From: Penicillus capitatus
Taxonomy: Eukaryota; Plantae; Chlorophyta
Length of the DNA: 64,000 nt
Direction of reading: 5' to 3'
NCBI GenBank assembly: GCA_965649825.1
Contig: OZ287696.1
Coordinates: forward strand, 2,233,724 to 2,297,723
Shown: positions 1 through 12,247 of the stretch, in pieces
Layout: every line of letters begins with the position of its first letter
How positions within the stretch are numbered: position 1 is the stretch's first letter
Translations under genes and position numbers: made by a program
The notes under the pieces: generated by a model
Databases searched by the model: none
The model's input: only the letters and a program-made list of their open reading frames with translations
What the model was told of the DNA's origin: nothing

Positions 1-274
1 GCAGTAATTTGCAAAAAGCTAACGAAAAGCAAATCCAGCAGCTGCAGTCATGGCAAGCACATATAGTCGTTCCAATAAAACCTGAGAAAAAAAATGGATT
101 CGATAGATCACATCAACCGATACGCATGCAACTGGTACCCGGTTGTTATGAGCCAGAATCAGATGTAAGTGTCTTAAAGGCGTTCACAAAGGAAATGTCA
201 AAAGACGAAAACCTCGTATTGTCTTTCTATTTATTTACATGATGTGACCATCATCATTGTCGCGTTGTCGGTTG

Positions 275-392
275 ACGACGAAGGCTTATAGCTTACAGAA
301 GACTGTTGAATCATTAACAATCCGGATTATATACGCGTCGAACGTCACATCAACGCGTCTTCGTCGTCAGCTGCACGAAGGTGGACAGCTGT
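275..392 (-). repeat. Dispersed ~120-bp repeat, copy 1 (inverted relative to 54456-54581)
   Basis: Reverse complement aligns to 54456-54581 through the blocks acagctgtccac-ttcgtgcagctgac, agacgcgt-gatgtgacg, acgcgtata, caacagtctt and ccttcgtcgt. Confidence 0.8.
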
Positions 393-1847
393 TCACTGAC
401 AATCGTGTCGCTATCATCATGACTTATTAACATCTCTCGACACCGGTAATTTTGAATGAGAGCCTCCTGCAAGTGGATATCGAATGCCCTTAATCACCGT
501 GAAGGCAAACGGTTTGCAAAACGCGAGAAAATGTGATCGGAACAGGCAAACGGGTTTTGCTGAAGGCCAACACAGACGGAACCGGATTAGACGAGTGAGA
601 GGTACGTTGTTAAAGGCAGACAAACGCATCATTGAACTCCAATCCATGCATTTTGTACAAGTCGGCCAAAAAAGCTTCCAACGCTGCTGACCGGTGTGAA
701 CTCCGTATGGTGTGGAACCATGGTAGTCACATTGATGACAAGGGACGGGAAAGATGGCAGTTTGATGCGACAGACAATACTGATGGGATGCTGCGATCGA
801 AGGAATAAAATCAGACTCCATGATGAATTGTGTGGCAAAACGTTTTGGTTTTTAAAGATTCACTGCGTAGCACCAATGGCCGATGCCAAACACGCTCGAC
901 CGAATGACACCGGTAAAGGCTGCTAATCCGAGCCCTGTATGACAAATTGGCAGAGAGCTTTCAGATATGAAGCAGTGTCTAACTAAAGCGATTCGGCTCA
1001 CGATTGAAAGTGTCCGGCAGAGATGGCCTTATGGATATGTAGTTACCTCTCATGCGCCCGTAACCACTGAAAGTGGTCGAGCCGTTTCATAACCATCCTG
1101 GCGCGCGAACCATCAGTTGCGACATATGTCGGCTCCCCTGGCCAAATTCCCAATAACAATCGGCTGAGGTTATTGACGGGAATGGGTCGGATATCGTGCG
1201 CCGCGGTTGCGCACACGCGTAAAGGCGAACGGAGGGAACAGTGTTGAGCCAATGCAAAGACTACTTACACGGTGCGTCCAGTCAGCTAAATACCCTCGGC
1301 ACCCGCGGACTGCTACCACGTCAGGAAGCGGACAGCGTGCCTGGTCCGCGGGGCCACAATCGTTGTCCTATACTCGTCAGTTATTAAATTTGCGTTAGAG
1401 TTCGCAGCTGTTAGGCCAGTAGATTAGGAGATCCTTAACCATTGGGGGTATTTAAGGCTGACATTAGCTTGTAATTTAACTCGTGTTCGTATCTCAGCAC
1501 CCGATTGCGTTTCCGTTCGTTTGCCGCACCTGTTACGACTCGTCACTTGAACGCATTGTAACTGTGAGAGGTAGCTGGTTCCGCCTCGGGTCTTCTGGCG
1601 AGGAAACGCTGCTGGCGTGCCAACCGTCCTTGTGGCGCCACGCCAGCAGAACATCACTGGAACGCATGACGCGAGGTGTGAGTGACGATGCGCTTACATA
1701 ATGATGTGACTCTCACACTGCTGGGTATTTAAACGGAACTGCCCTGTTGTGTTCGTCCTCTAGCTATGTAAATAGCATTGCCGACGGAGTCCCCTGCGCG
1801 ACTCGCTATCCGGTCCGGACTCGGCCGCCGGGTCGACGTTCACACGG

Positions 1848-3719
1848 GTGGCGGAGATTTTCCAAGGACTCGGAGCCGTGCAATACGCCGACGATCTCCT
1901 TGTTGGCGGTGTTACCCCAGAAGAACTCTGCAACCGCGTCCGCAGCATTTTTGCGCGTTTTCAAGAGTTTGACCTCAAGGTCAACCTTGCTAAGACAGAG
2001 TTGCTGCTAACAAAGGTCAAGTTCCTGGGAATGGAACTGTCGCACGGATCCTGGACCCTGACAGACTATTTCCGCAGTCGTTGGGCACAGCTCGGAGAAG
2101 TGACACACTGGAAAGATCTCGAGCGCCTTATCGGGGTGCTCTTATACCTAAGGCGAACCATTGTGGACCTCGAGAGACTAATCGCGCCTCTCCGACAACT
2201 GCTTTCCCAGGCCAAAGCCTGGAAACAGAACGCCGACTGGTGGGCCCAAGCCCGACGGAAGGTCTGGGAAGTATTGCTGCGAGCACTCGACCGACAGGTG
2301 CTTCTCGAGCTGCCCGGCCTCCGACCAGTGCGATACGTCCTCGAAACGGACTGGTCCGGAGAACACGCAGGATACCTGCTGTGGGCAAGGGGGCGCGGCC
2401 GTGAACACCTCGTCGACCTCGGTAGCAAGGCCGTACCAGAAACGACCTCCTCGTTCCTCGGGGAACTGAAAGCGATCGTTTGGGCCTGTCAGGCAACAAA
2501 GCCGCTGCGAGGTGACTTTCCCCTACTCATCCGGACGGACAACCAAGCGGTCGCCGAACAACTGAGCACCAGCACGCCAAGTCTCAAGGACAAGAGAGTG
2601 CTGCGCCTACTAGGATGGCTCCTAGGGAATGAAAACTTCATTGTCGAATTTATTCCCGGGGCAGAAAACCAAGGCGCGGACCTCCTATCCAGGCCCCGTA
2701 AGGGAAAGGGTGTGGCTGAGGTGTCTCAGGCAACGGCGGGCCCGACGCGAGACCAGCTGAGGCAGATCAAGAAGGCTCACGGGGGGCACTTCAACTGGCA
2801 GACGACGCTAAGAAACCTCAAGGCGATAGGAGCGGATTGGCCGGGAATGCGAGCACAGGTTCGACAGTTCGTCCGGGAATGCAGACAGTGCCAAGCCTAC
2901 GGCCGACCCATCCAGCGACCCGTTTGAGGCTCGTGGGACTGCCCCTGCCCCAACGACACGAACTTTTGCGATTTCTTGGGGCCACTGCGCTGGGAAAAGG
3001 AGGACCCCGACGTGTACATATTCGTGATGATCGACGGCTTTAGACGATACATCTGTCTGGGCGCAGCCGCTGGCCCAACCACCGAGGCGGCAAAAGCAGG
3101 CATCCGCAAGTGGCGACATCACTTCGGATCTCCTCGTCGCCTGGTGAGTGACCAGAGTGCGGCCTTCGTCTCTACAGACTTTGATGAATACTGCAGTCGG
3201 CATCACATTGAGCTGGCCTGCTCCCCGGCATACGCTCATTGGAGCAACGGAATGGCCTAAAGGGCCATTGGTACCATCTTGGGTCGCATCCGCAGGGAAG
3301 GGCCAAGCGCACCCTGGCCTGCCCTCATCCAGCGCATTGAAGAAGCATATAATCGCTCATGGCACTCCGCCATAGGGTATGCCCCAAGGCTTCTAATGAC
3401 AAGCGAACGGCCCGATGGCACCAGGCTCTCGAACGCAGAACTGGAGAAGATCAGAGAAAGGGCGCAAAAGCGCTCGGACGGCCAGCGCCAGAAGAGAAGA
3501 ACGAGACATGAGCGGACCATCCCGACCAGACGGGAATTGCGAGTCGGAGACGAGGTGGCCTTTCAGATACAGCGCCCTGAAAGCAAGCTTGCGCCGCAAT
3601 GGCACTTTGGCTGGCGCATACACAGGATGCTGACTCCGCACCTCGTCGAAATCGAGACTCTGGACGGCAAGGTACGCAAGTCTTGTCACGCGCATCAGCT
3701 GCGGTTGCTGCGTGGATAG
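1848..3719 (+). pseudogene. Ty3/gypsy-type pol (RT C-half, RNase H, integrase), 5'-truncated, with two in-frame stops
   Basis: ORFs 1848-2927, 2976-3260 and 3279-3719 share one frame. RT motif QYADDLLV...KVKFLG; RNase H ETDWS...GELKAIVWA...IRTDNQAV...ENQGADLLSR; HHCC zinc finger (HGGH...CRQC); integrase FCDFLGP, LVSDQSAAF, SNGMA*RAI; C-terminal LRVGDEV...KLAPQW. Stops are TGA 2925-2927 and TAA 3258-3260. Confidence 0.93.
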
Positions 3720-3817
3720 GGCGCCAGGTTGCGGCGCCCGATGGATACTGGCGGATAGCTTCAAATCCTATAGAGTTCGCAACGGTTGGCGACGGGTATA
3801 CGTTTACGCAGGAGAGT

Positions 3818-3908
3818 TCCCGGTGGTTGGGTGACAGCTTCCCCCAGCAGGGCGAAGCTCCCGGTGGTTGGGTGACAGCTTCCCCCAGCAGGGCGAAGCT
3901 CCCGATGG
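3818..3908 (+). repeat. 41-bp tandem repeat (2 exact copies plus a partial), each with a hairpin
   Basis: tcccggtggttgggtgacagcttcccccagcagggcgaagc at 3818-3858 and 3859-3899. Internal stem agcttc-ccc/ggg-c-gaagct. Confidence 0.95.
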
Positions 3909-3989
3909 ATGCCGTGAACTTCGAGTGAATCATAGGATAACCGCCAGTCAGAGCGCGCGCTGGGCACGCGTCCCAGGAGGTTACGTGGG

Positions 3990-3996
3990 TATAAAA
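3990..3996 (+). promoter_or_regulatory. TATA box upstream of the retroelement ORF at 4034
   Basis: gggTATAAAAgg, about 40 nt upstream of ATG 4034 and downstream of the tandem repeats. Confidence 0.6.
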
Positions 3997-4033
3997 GGAC
4001 CGCCCGCACCGGAGTTTCACCATTCGCTCGCAT

Positions 4034-5050
4034 ATGTCTTTTGCCTTGTTAAGTTTCTTATCACTTGTTCTTACCATCATCTTGGGAACAGTCGCTACTT
4101 CGTGGACTGCGGTGGCGCAGGAGTTTTGCATTGGCTTCTCGGTATTCTTGGCGTTTTACCTCTTCGAAGCATTGGTTACGTTTACCATGAAGAGAGAGAG
4201 AAGCTCGTCAACCTCGGGAGAAGACCTGACTCGACTCACTAGCCTCCGCCGCGTGGCCCCGGCCTCCTCCTCGGAGAGCCTGACGCCCGCAGCGGAGCGC
4301 AGCATGGCAGAAAATTGGTCGGCGGAAGTTAGGGAGCGCTGTCGCTCCTTGACTCTGGCCGACCTAATCGCTGAGATTGACAGGCGTCTCGAGGAGGGGG
4401 CCGGGACCATACGGACCGCAGTGGAGGCCCCCACAAACACAACCCAGCCAAGGAACGAGGCACCGCAACAAGACCAACGCGGAAGAAGCCGCGGGAAACA
4501 AGGGGCAAGCTCCTCCCGACAGGGAAGGGGAAACCCTCCACCGCCTCCTCCACCGCCCGTGCGAAGACCCCCTAGGCCAGCCTCTCCCCGAGACGTCCCG
4601 CCAGTGCCTGCTCTCTCGCGTCGGAACCCTGGACTACGCTACATCGTAGCGGGAGAGCTCGGGGAACTCGCTCTTCCACACCGATTCCTCGTGGATCCCC
4701 AGCTCCCCGGGCACGTGGTGGGACGGAGGACGGCAGAACTCCTCGGCCTTCGCATTCGTCCCGTCCACGGACCACTCCCACCTGGATTTGGGTTTACGGC
4801 AGAGGTGGTACAGGAAGACGGCGGGACAAGCGAGGCGATTGGACACGCATCGGCTCGTGTGAAGATTGGGTTCGAGTACCACATCATGGACTTTATGGTG
4901 GTGGCCGACAGAGTAGAAACGAAGCTGGGGCCGGAGGTAATGCGCCCCTTCCGCCTTCGAGGCGACCGAGTCAACCACGTGCTCTACCAAGCCGAGACCT
5001 CTCGGATCGGAATCCCGGATCCACGAACGGAACGCAACATCGCCCCCTAG
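4034..5050 (+). CDS. Retroelement-associated ORF: hydrophobic N-terminus, Pro-rich linker, retropepsin-like domain with degenerate active site
   Basis: Intact 338-aa ORF. RFLVDPQLPGHVVGRRTAELLGL resembles retropepsin FLVDTGA..S.I....A..LGL; downstream IGHASARVKIG...FMVV...LGPEVM fits the fold's strand pattern. GC-rich like the adjacent pol. Confidence 0.6.
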   Translation: MSFALLSFLSLVLTIILGTVATSWTAVAQEFCIGFSVFLAFYLFEALVTFTMKRERSSSTSGEDLTRLTSLRRVAPASSSESLTPAAERSMAENWSAEVRERCRSLTLADLIAEIDRRLEEGAGTIRTAVEAPTNTTQPRNEAPQQDQRGRSRGKQGASSSRQGRGNPPPPPPPPVRRPPRPASPRDVPPVPALSRRNPGLRYIVAGELGELALPHRFLVDPQLPGHVVGRRTAELLGLRIRPVHGPLPPGFGFTAEVVQEDGGTSEAIGHASARVKIGFEYHIMDFMVVADRVETKLGPEVMRPFRLRGDRVNHVLYQAETSRIGIPDPRTERNIAP

Positions 5051-5341
5051 GGGCTATCACTTTTCTGCTGTTTTGCTGCTAGGTTTAGGCATTAGGTGGG
5101 GTTTCTTTCGCTTCGTTGGCTTGAACAAAACGCAAGCCACATCGGAGTTCACGCAACGGGAATACGGGTGCGCCCATGTTAAAGAATGGCGCAAATCTGA
5201 CGAAACGATGATGGGACAACGCTGTAATGGGTACATTGCTGTCAATCGTGTCTTTCGCGTCCTTGGTTGCGCGACATAACCGTCGTCACTGAGTCGCGGA
5301 TAAGTCACGCTGACGGGGAGTGAGTTCTTGAGAAGTTCCTA

Positions 5342-5356
5342 GGAAATTTCTAGAAC
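5342..5356. promoter_or_regulatory. Perfect three-unit heat-shock-element-like motif inside a near-palindrome
   Basis: gGAAatTTCtaGAAc (nGAAn-nTTCn-nGAAn) within gaagttcctaggaaatttctagaacttc (5332-5359). Confidence 0.4.
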
Positions 5357-6469
5357 TTCATACGGAACTTCCTAACCTCATTGTGCATGTCATTGTGAAC
5401 TCACTCTTGAAGTTCACCTCCTTTTCCTGTTGTCACATCGAGGATGGAGTATTTAAGCCGGGCTCAGATACATAAAGCATCCTTTCGTTTAAACATCAAA
5501 GTTTACACTTGTGTTCTGAATCGCATACAGTTTGTAATAAATTGTCTCTTGGCTGCAATCACTGAATCTTCCAAACGTCGCCGACCCCTCAAGAACCGCT
5601 CATCACTCATTCCATTTTCAAGACTTCCGCTGCGCTTGTGAGATGAGTCATTCCGGAGACGTCGAAGGCCCGGTCCTGCTGAGTGTGCCGCCACCACCCG
5701 TTCACAAAGTAAGGGCGGAAAACATCGTGACGGAGGTCGGCAAGAAGGCCGGGAAAGACGAATCTTCACAGTAACATCGATCCTCAACATGGCCGCACAT
5801 CTTTCATCGCCTTGAACGCAACAATAGATCACGAACTTCACGACCAGAGAACGCCCAGCTGTTGACAACATCTTCGGTAAGAGGGACGCAAACGCCGATC
5901 TATTGGGAAGTCATGCCGTGTCGATGGCGAATGCGTGACAGTTTGTGACTTCTATCTTTCATCACGTCGAAGAAGAGTTCGCCTCGGTGTCTTCGTCTGA
6001 CCACCGATTCTGACAACATTCCTTCATGGCGATCTTGCGGCACGAATCCGTTTGACCGTGTTTGGTGAAGTGATGCTTTTAATAAGGTTTGTGTCACAGC
6101 AGACAGCAATCGTCAAAGGGATTGTAAAACATTTCATCATCCATTCGTTCATCTGAACATCCTTTCGCCCAAGTGCAGAAACGTGTTTCATACACTTAAG
6201 TCTGTTGCAAAAAACACCAGCATAACACGGTAAGCCAAAAAACAAAACCTCGTAACATTGCAGTTTTTGCACGACAAGCACACAGAAATCTGAGAAACTC
6301 CAACATTGCTTATGAAAAGATCAGAATCAGGCTATTAAAGTCAAAGTTTCACGTCAAAATTATTCGCACGGATATGATGAATCATTGATTGTCACCTCAA
6401 GGTTCCATCAATAAATACCCTAATGTGCGGTACCTGTCAAGGTGTCTCGAATATCTCTACGTTCATTCG

Positions 6470-7872
6470 TTAGTTGCCTTCATCTATCGCTTCTTCTTCG
6501 ATGAGGGGCAGACGCTGATATTTTTCATTGAATCGGTCTCTCTTTCGCGAGTCAGGAATCGTCACGAGGACGACCGAGATCACGATGATAAGAGCACCGA
6601 TACCAGAAATGTACGAAATTGTCTCGGAAAGTAAAATAATGCCTAAAACTCCAGAGAAGATCATGTTCGTCATCAAGAGCGTTGTGGTTTTTGTCGGCGG
6701 TCCAATCTGCATGGCCCGCGATTGGACAACCTGAGCAAACAAACCAACAACGCAAAGTACTGTGTAGAGTGAAAGTTGAAGAAACGAATTCTCTGCATTA
6801 AATGGGATGGGCGTTTCCGTTACCACAAACGGGACGCTTATGAGGAAGAGGAAAATGTGCATGCACGCTGTCAGATTCAGACTGCTCACGCTTTTGCCGA
6901 TATATCTATGTGATCTTTGAGAATGACCCATCCAGATCATAAGAGATGGAACACACCTGAGCAGGACAAAGACAAGTCCGGTAAGGATATTTGTCGCTAT
7001 GGCTGCCATGACACCGATCTGTCGACGGTTGCTATCCCACTCTGCATCATCATCAGTATGGCCACCAAAAAGTACAAGAGGTTGTGCCACAAAGATATTG
7101 CCCACAATACATCCGGCAATACCTATCCAAGAAAGAAGGCCTAAACTCTCCATACCAAGAAAACCAGACAGTATCGCGGCTACCACTGTATAGCACAATG
7201 AAAACGACAATCTAAGATTCAATCGATCAATCTAAGGTGGTCATACCTGGATAGCTGTTACATAAGAAGCTAGCGTCGGATAATGGAAGTTTGGATGTTG
7301 CTAATGTTTGAAAAAGGAAACCTGTGGATCCTAAGATCCCTCGGGCAATGACCAATGGGAGCTTTTTCTTGGGTTCGATGAGAGAAAGCTCACTGTACCA
7401 GCTCACGCAGATCAGAACCACACCGATAAAGACACCTCGGATTCCTGCAATTTGAAAAATAGAGGTTCTCTCGGAAAGGAGCTTGACACTGGTCAGTGAT
7501 AATGCAAGTCCAAGGGAGGCTGTCATGATCAAACAGACATAGCAGTTCCAATAGTAACTGTTCACACATTCGTGAAGAATCTATCAAACGTCACATCACA
7601 GTAGTTGAGCATCACGCACTTTTTAATGCTGTTTAGGGTTTGCGAAATCACGCCTGGAAGACTGTCGCCTATCGAACAAAGGAGCACGGCGATCAGTTTC
7701 GAAGCAACACGGCATTCTCTTCTGTGTGACCACCAGAGATATGTAAGGAAATGCTACCATTAGAATCGGCTGTCGTTAAAGGAAGCGTCGTGCTGTAGTC
7801 GATTCCTGTCTCGCTCGGCGTGTCTGCTACCGAGCCGGGGACCGTCATAATAACCTTCGTATTGGTCTCCAT
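6470..7872 (-). CDS. EamA/DMT-family membrane transporter (multi-exon)
   Basis: Multi-TM translation with motifs IARGILGSTGF, KLPLSDASFL, SRAMQIGPP, GVLGIILLSETISYISGIGALII. Short GT-AG introns link the frames; start inferred at METNTK. Confidence 0.8.
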
Positions 7873-8300
7873 TTCAACGAGAGATTCCGTTTTGTTTTTC
7901 TCGCGACAGCACGAAGGCACGTTACTAGTATATGAAATGATTAAATCCGGCTGTTCTGCTGCATCGACGGCTGAAGTATTACGACGCGCACCTCGCCTCT
8001 CCCAGTATCCCCATTCGATATAACAGTTGCCTAGAATACGTATCGGCCGTTCGTTGGCGTCACACACAACAGTGCGTTGTCGTCTCGTGTGTTTTGTTTG
8101 TCGGGCGACGTTGGGTCTGCCGCTTGCGCGTGGTGGTGTGTGGCGCTGAGTTTAACGGCATCCTTGTCGTTGACGATGTGATGGTGACGGACACATTAGT
8201 CAACCATTCCCTCATCGCTGGCTTCTTATACCAGTGTCTCCAGACCGCAAAAGCGTTGTTTCTTGTGCACCTCTGCTGCGCATTTTCGTTTGTTCCTTTC

Positions 8301-8525
8301 ACGACGGCGACCCGCGTGAACGACCAGCTGCACGGCGACCCTGCCGAAAAGAACTCCTGTGCTTCAAAAGAGATTCGTTACGGCGGTGGACGCGGCGCAC
8401 GTGCTTCGTTAGGTGGTTGTCCTTCGGTAAACACAAGCACGCATCGTCAACGAGTTCTCATAAGATCTCGTCATTAGGATTTGTTGCACACAGCTGGTGG
8501 TGGAAACGGTGCCTCTGTGCTCTGA
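8301..8525 (+). CDS. Non-AUG (ACG) spliced upstream ORF of VTC2/GGP, about 57 aa
   Basis: Exons 8301-8426 and 8478-8525 (51-nt GT-AG intron) translate to TTATRVNDQLHGDPAEKNSCASKEIRYGGGRGARASLGGCPS/DLLHTAGGGNGASVL*, matching the plant GGP uORF motif GGRGALPSEGGSPSDLLFLAGGG. Confidence 0.82.
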
Positions 8526-8548
8526 TTCGTATTCTTTAAACCTGTAGA

Positions 8549-9885
8549 ATGTATTTGTCGCGTTTATCAAATGTGCTTGCTTTGAATCAGCTCGGCCACA
8601 CCGAGGAAGACATGGACGGGGGTTCTGTTGCTCGCCCTCGTGGTCTCGTTAGTCAATGTGCCTATCGAAAGCTGACGAAGATCTCGGTCAAGAGTGACTG
8701 GGGCACTAGTCCTCCACGCGTTCGTTCCTTTGGCGAACTGAGCGACATCGAGAATATGTAAGCTGTAGAAAATGGTCCACGGTGAGAGACCTTTACCTTG
8801 TGGTTGACTCTAGGGTTATGGAGGATGATGTGTCTGAATCTGTCCTTGCTGTTGAGAGCCCCACGAAGATGACGGCAGGCGAAGATGCAAAGAGCATGGT
8901 CGAGCTTGTGATGCTGGCTATGTGGGAGCAATGTGCTGAGAAGGGTCTCTTCCGTTATGATGTGACAGCCTGCTCAACCAAGACACTTCCTGGACTCTAC
9001 GGTTTTCTCCTGCAGCTGAATGAGGGTCGGGCAACGAAGAAGAGACCAACGGAGTTCCGTGTCGACCGCGTTGTTCAGGAGTTCGACGAAAAGAAATTCA
9101 ACTTCACCAAAGTCTCTATGCAGGAAGTGCTTTTTCAGATTGATTTCAGTGCCTCCCACGAGACGGAGATTGATCCTGACGCCACAGCTGGCAGAAGTCC
9201 AGACTTAGTCATGATCAATGTCAGTCCCATCGAGTATGGTCACATTCTCTTGGTCCCTCGTGTCCTCGATAGACTCACACAGACGATCACTCCGCACACA
9301 ATGAAGCTGGCGCTTCAGTTTACGGCGGCGGTAGGAACTCCGTACTTTAGACTGGGATACAATTCATTGGGGGCATATGCCACCATCAATCATCTGCACT
9401 TTCAGGGTTACTATCTATTGGCTCCTTACCCAGTCGAAAGATCCCCGACAATTCCTCTCTCACATTCTTTTCTTCATTCTGAGCATATCTCCCTGTCGAA
9501 GCTGGCAGGATATCCCGTTCAGGGATGGGTCTTCGAAATGACAGAAGCATTCGATCAGGCAGTCCTTTCGATGGCAGAAGTTGTCGGACGTGTCTGCATG
9601 CAGCTTCAGGAAATGAACATCCCGCACAATGTGCTGATCTGCGACTGTGGAGCGCGAGTCTTCGTTTGGCCACAGTGCTATGCCGAGAAGCAGTCCATGG
9701 GTGTCGTTCCTGAGAAGCTCCTCGACACTGGTGTCAATCCAGCTGCATTCGAAATCGCAGGCCACGTGATTTTGAAACGACGTACCGATTACGAAGACAT
9801 GACGCAGAGAGATGTATGCGACCTTCTTTCTGCGGTTTCGTTGACGGAAGAGCGTTTTGAAGCATTAACAGAGTCCTTGACATGA
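8549..9885 (+). CDS. VTC2: GDP-L-galactose phosphorylase (ascorbate biosynthesis)
   Basis: Exons 8549-8757 and 8814-9885. Motifs GLFRYDVTAC, QLNEGRATKKRPTEFRVD, INVSPIEYGHILLVP, LGYNSLGAYATINHLHFQ (HIT), VNPAAFEIAGH. Confidence 0.96.
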
Positions 9886-9965
9886 ACATACTCGACCATT
9901 CTTATCGAGCACTTCAGCTCTGATCATGAATCGTTACTTCGCTGATTGCCTTCAAAGGCTGCAGA

Positions 9966-10876
9966 CTATCCACCGGTTTAACAGATTTGAGTTTGGTGTA
10001 AGCCTAGATGATTGAAACCGCACACCATACGGCGACATGAACCACAAGACCAAGGGTACACCTCTTGGGGCGAGAGATTTTGGACAGCGAGGACTTTGTG
10101 CCGCGTCGATGGGCCTTTCGTTACGGAGAGCTGTGTCGATCGACAGCCCAAGATCTTCCCAAAAAGCTTAAGCACTTCATTGCTGGCCTGTTCATGCGAA
10201 ATGCTGCTGATGACAGAAACGCGTATGGCATCGGCTGAGATCTTCAGCAACGAGGCTCTGGTGCCTTTGTCTTCGATCTCCAACGTAATCTGACATCCAT
10301 CATCGCCGACGGGTACAATACAGGGTGGCACGGGTGGGACACCAGATGTGTCCACCGAATGGCTCGTGGCAAAGGTACTCACAGCTTGATCCATGACATA
10401 GAGATACCGTCCCTTCTCTTCCGACCTACCATCCATGCAGCACTTAGACAAGAGACGTATGCTTCGGAGAGGGAGTGAGATGCCGATAAGCAACGGGAAG
10501 GATGTCAACAACATTCAGTCGGTACTGTTTCTCTACATTCCCGTTCCGCCTACACTCTTGTCGTCCTCTCACTCTGATCACTCATATGAGGGCAGCGAAC
10601 CGTCGGATGAACTTGACACCGCCATCCGTCGTGCGGAGTTTGACCAAATGGCGTTCTGTATCAATGACGATCGCGTTGTCTGTCTTTCTACGTGGAAGGC
10701 GTTCGATTTTGCAGTCTGCATGTATCAAGGCATGTCTAAGGGAAGGATGTGGGTTGGTTGGTGCCTGTGATGAAGGCAGGTTTGCCAGAGTAGCGACAGT
10801 AGTAGACGCGAAGGTCTTCACTTTTGTCGTCGACGCGTTCGTCACTTGCAAATGTCAACGTCGACCGTTTCGGCAT
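9966..10876 (-). CDS. STEEP1/UPF0428 + DUF167 (UPF0235) protein, At5g63440-like
   Basis: MPKRSTLTF..LRVYYCRYSG..LPRRKTD..EKQYRLN..VPPCI..EIEDKGTRA..RVSV..KILGCRSTQLSVTKGPSTRHKVLAV. Four introns, two apparently GC-AG. Confidence 0.88.
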
Positions 10877-11017
10877 TCTCAGACTGCCTGCCGGCAACAC
10901 GTCTATATGCACGAACACACTGACAACAGAAACTAGCTGTCACATCACACAGTGCTCGCTCCAATATCATCTCCAAGGCTGTGGAGAGATGTTTGAGGCG
11001 TCGATGGTGTCTGACAA

Positions 11018-12247
<1,230 letters not shown>

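Noticed and set aside
417-1400. Short ORFs at the left end as genes
   Set aside because: No recognisable motifs, fragmented by stops, and adjacent to repeat DNA; probably TE debris.
1409-1563. Possible solo LTR (TGTTA...GTAAC with a TATA-like tatttaa)
   Set aside because: No second copy in the window, and no clear TSD, PBS or PPT.
3737-3830. APDGYWRI...YTF resembling an RT motif after the integrase stop
   Set aside because: Short, in a different frame, runs into the tandem repeat; likely chance.
5081-5102. Telomere-like aggtttaggcattagg at the element's right end
   Set aside because: Only about two degenerate units; not distinguishable from chance.
5332-5371. Resemblance to the yeast FRT site (GAAGTTCCTA...TCTAGAA...GGAACTTC)
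   Set aside because: The span is 40 bp rather than 34 and the arms and spacer do not match FRT geometry. There is no vector context, and an HSE-like palindrome explains it better.
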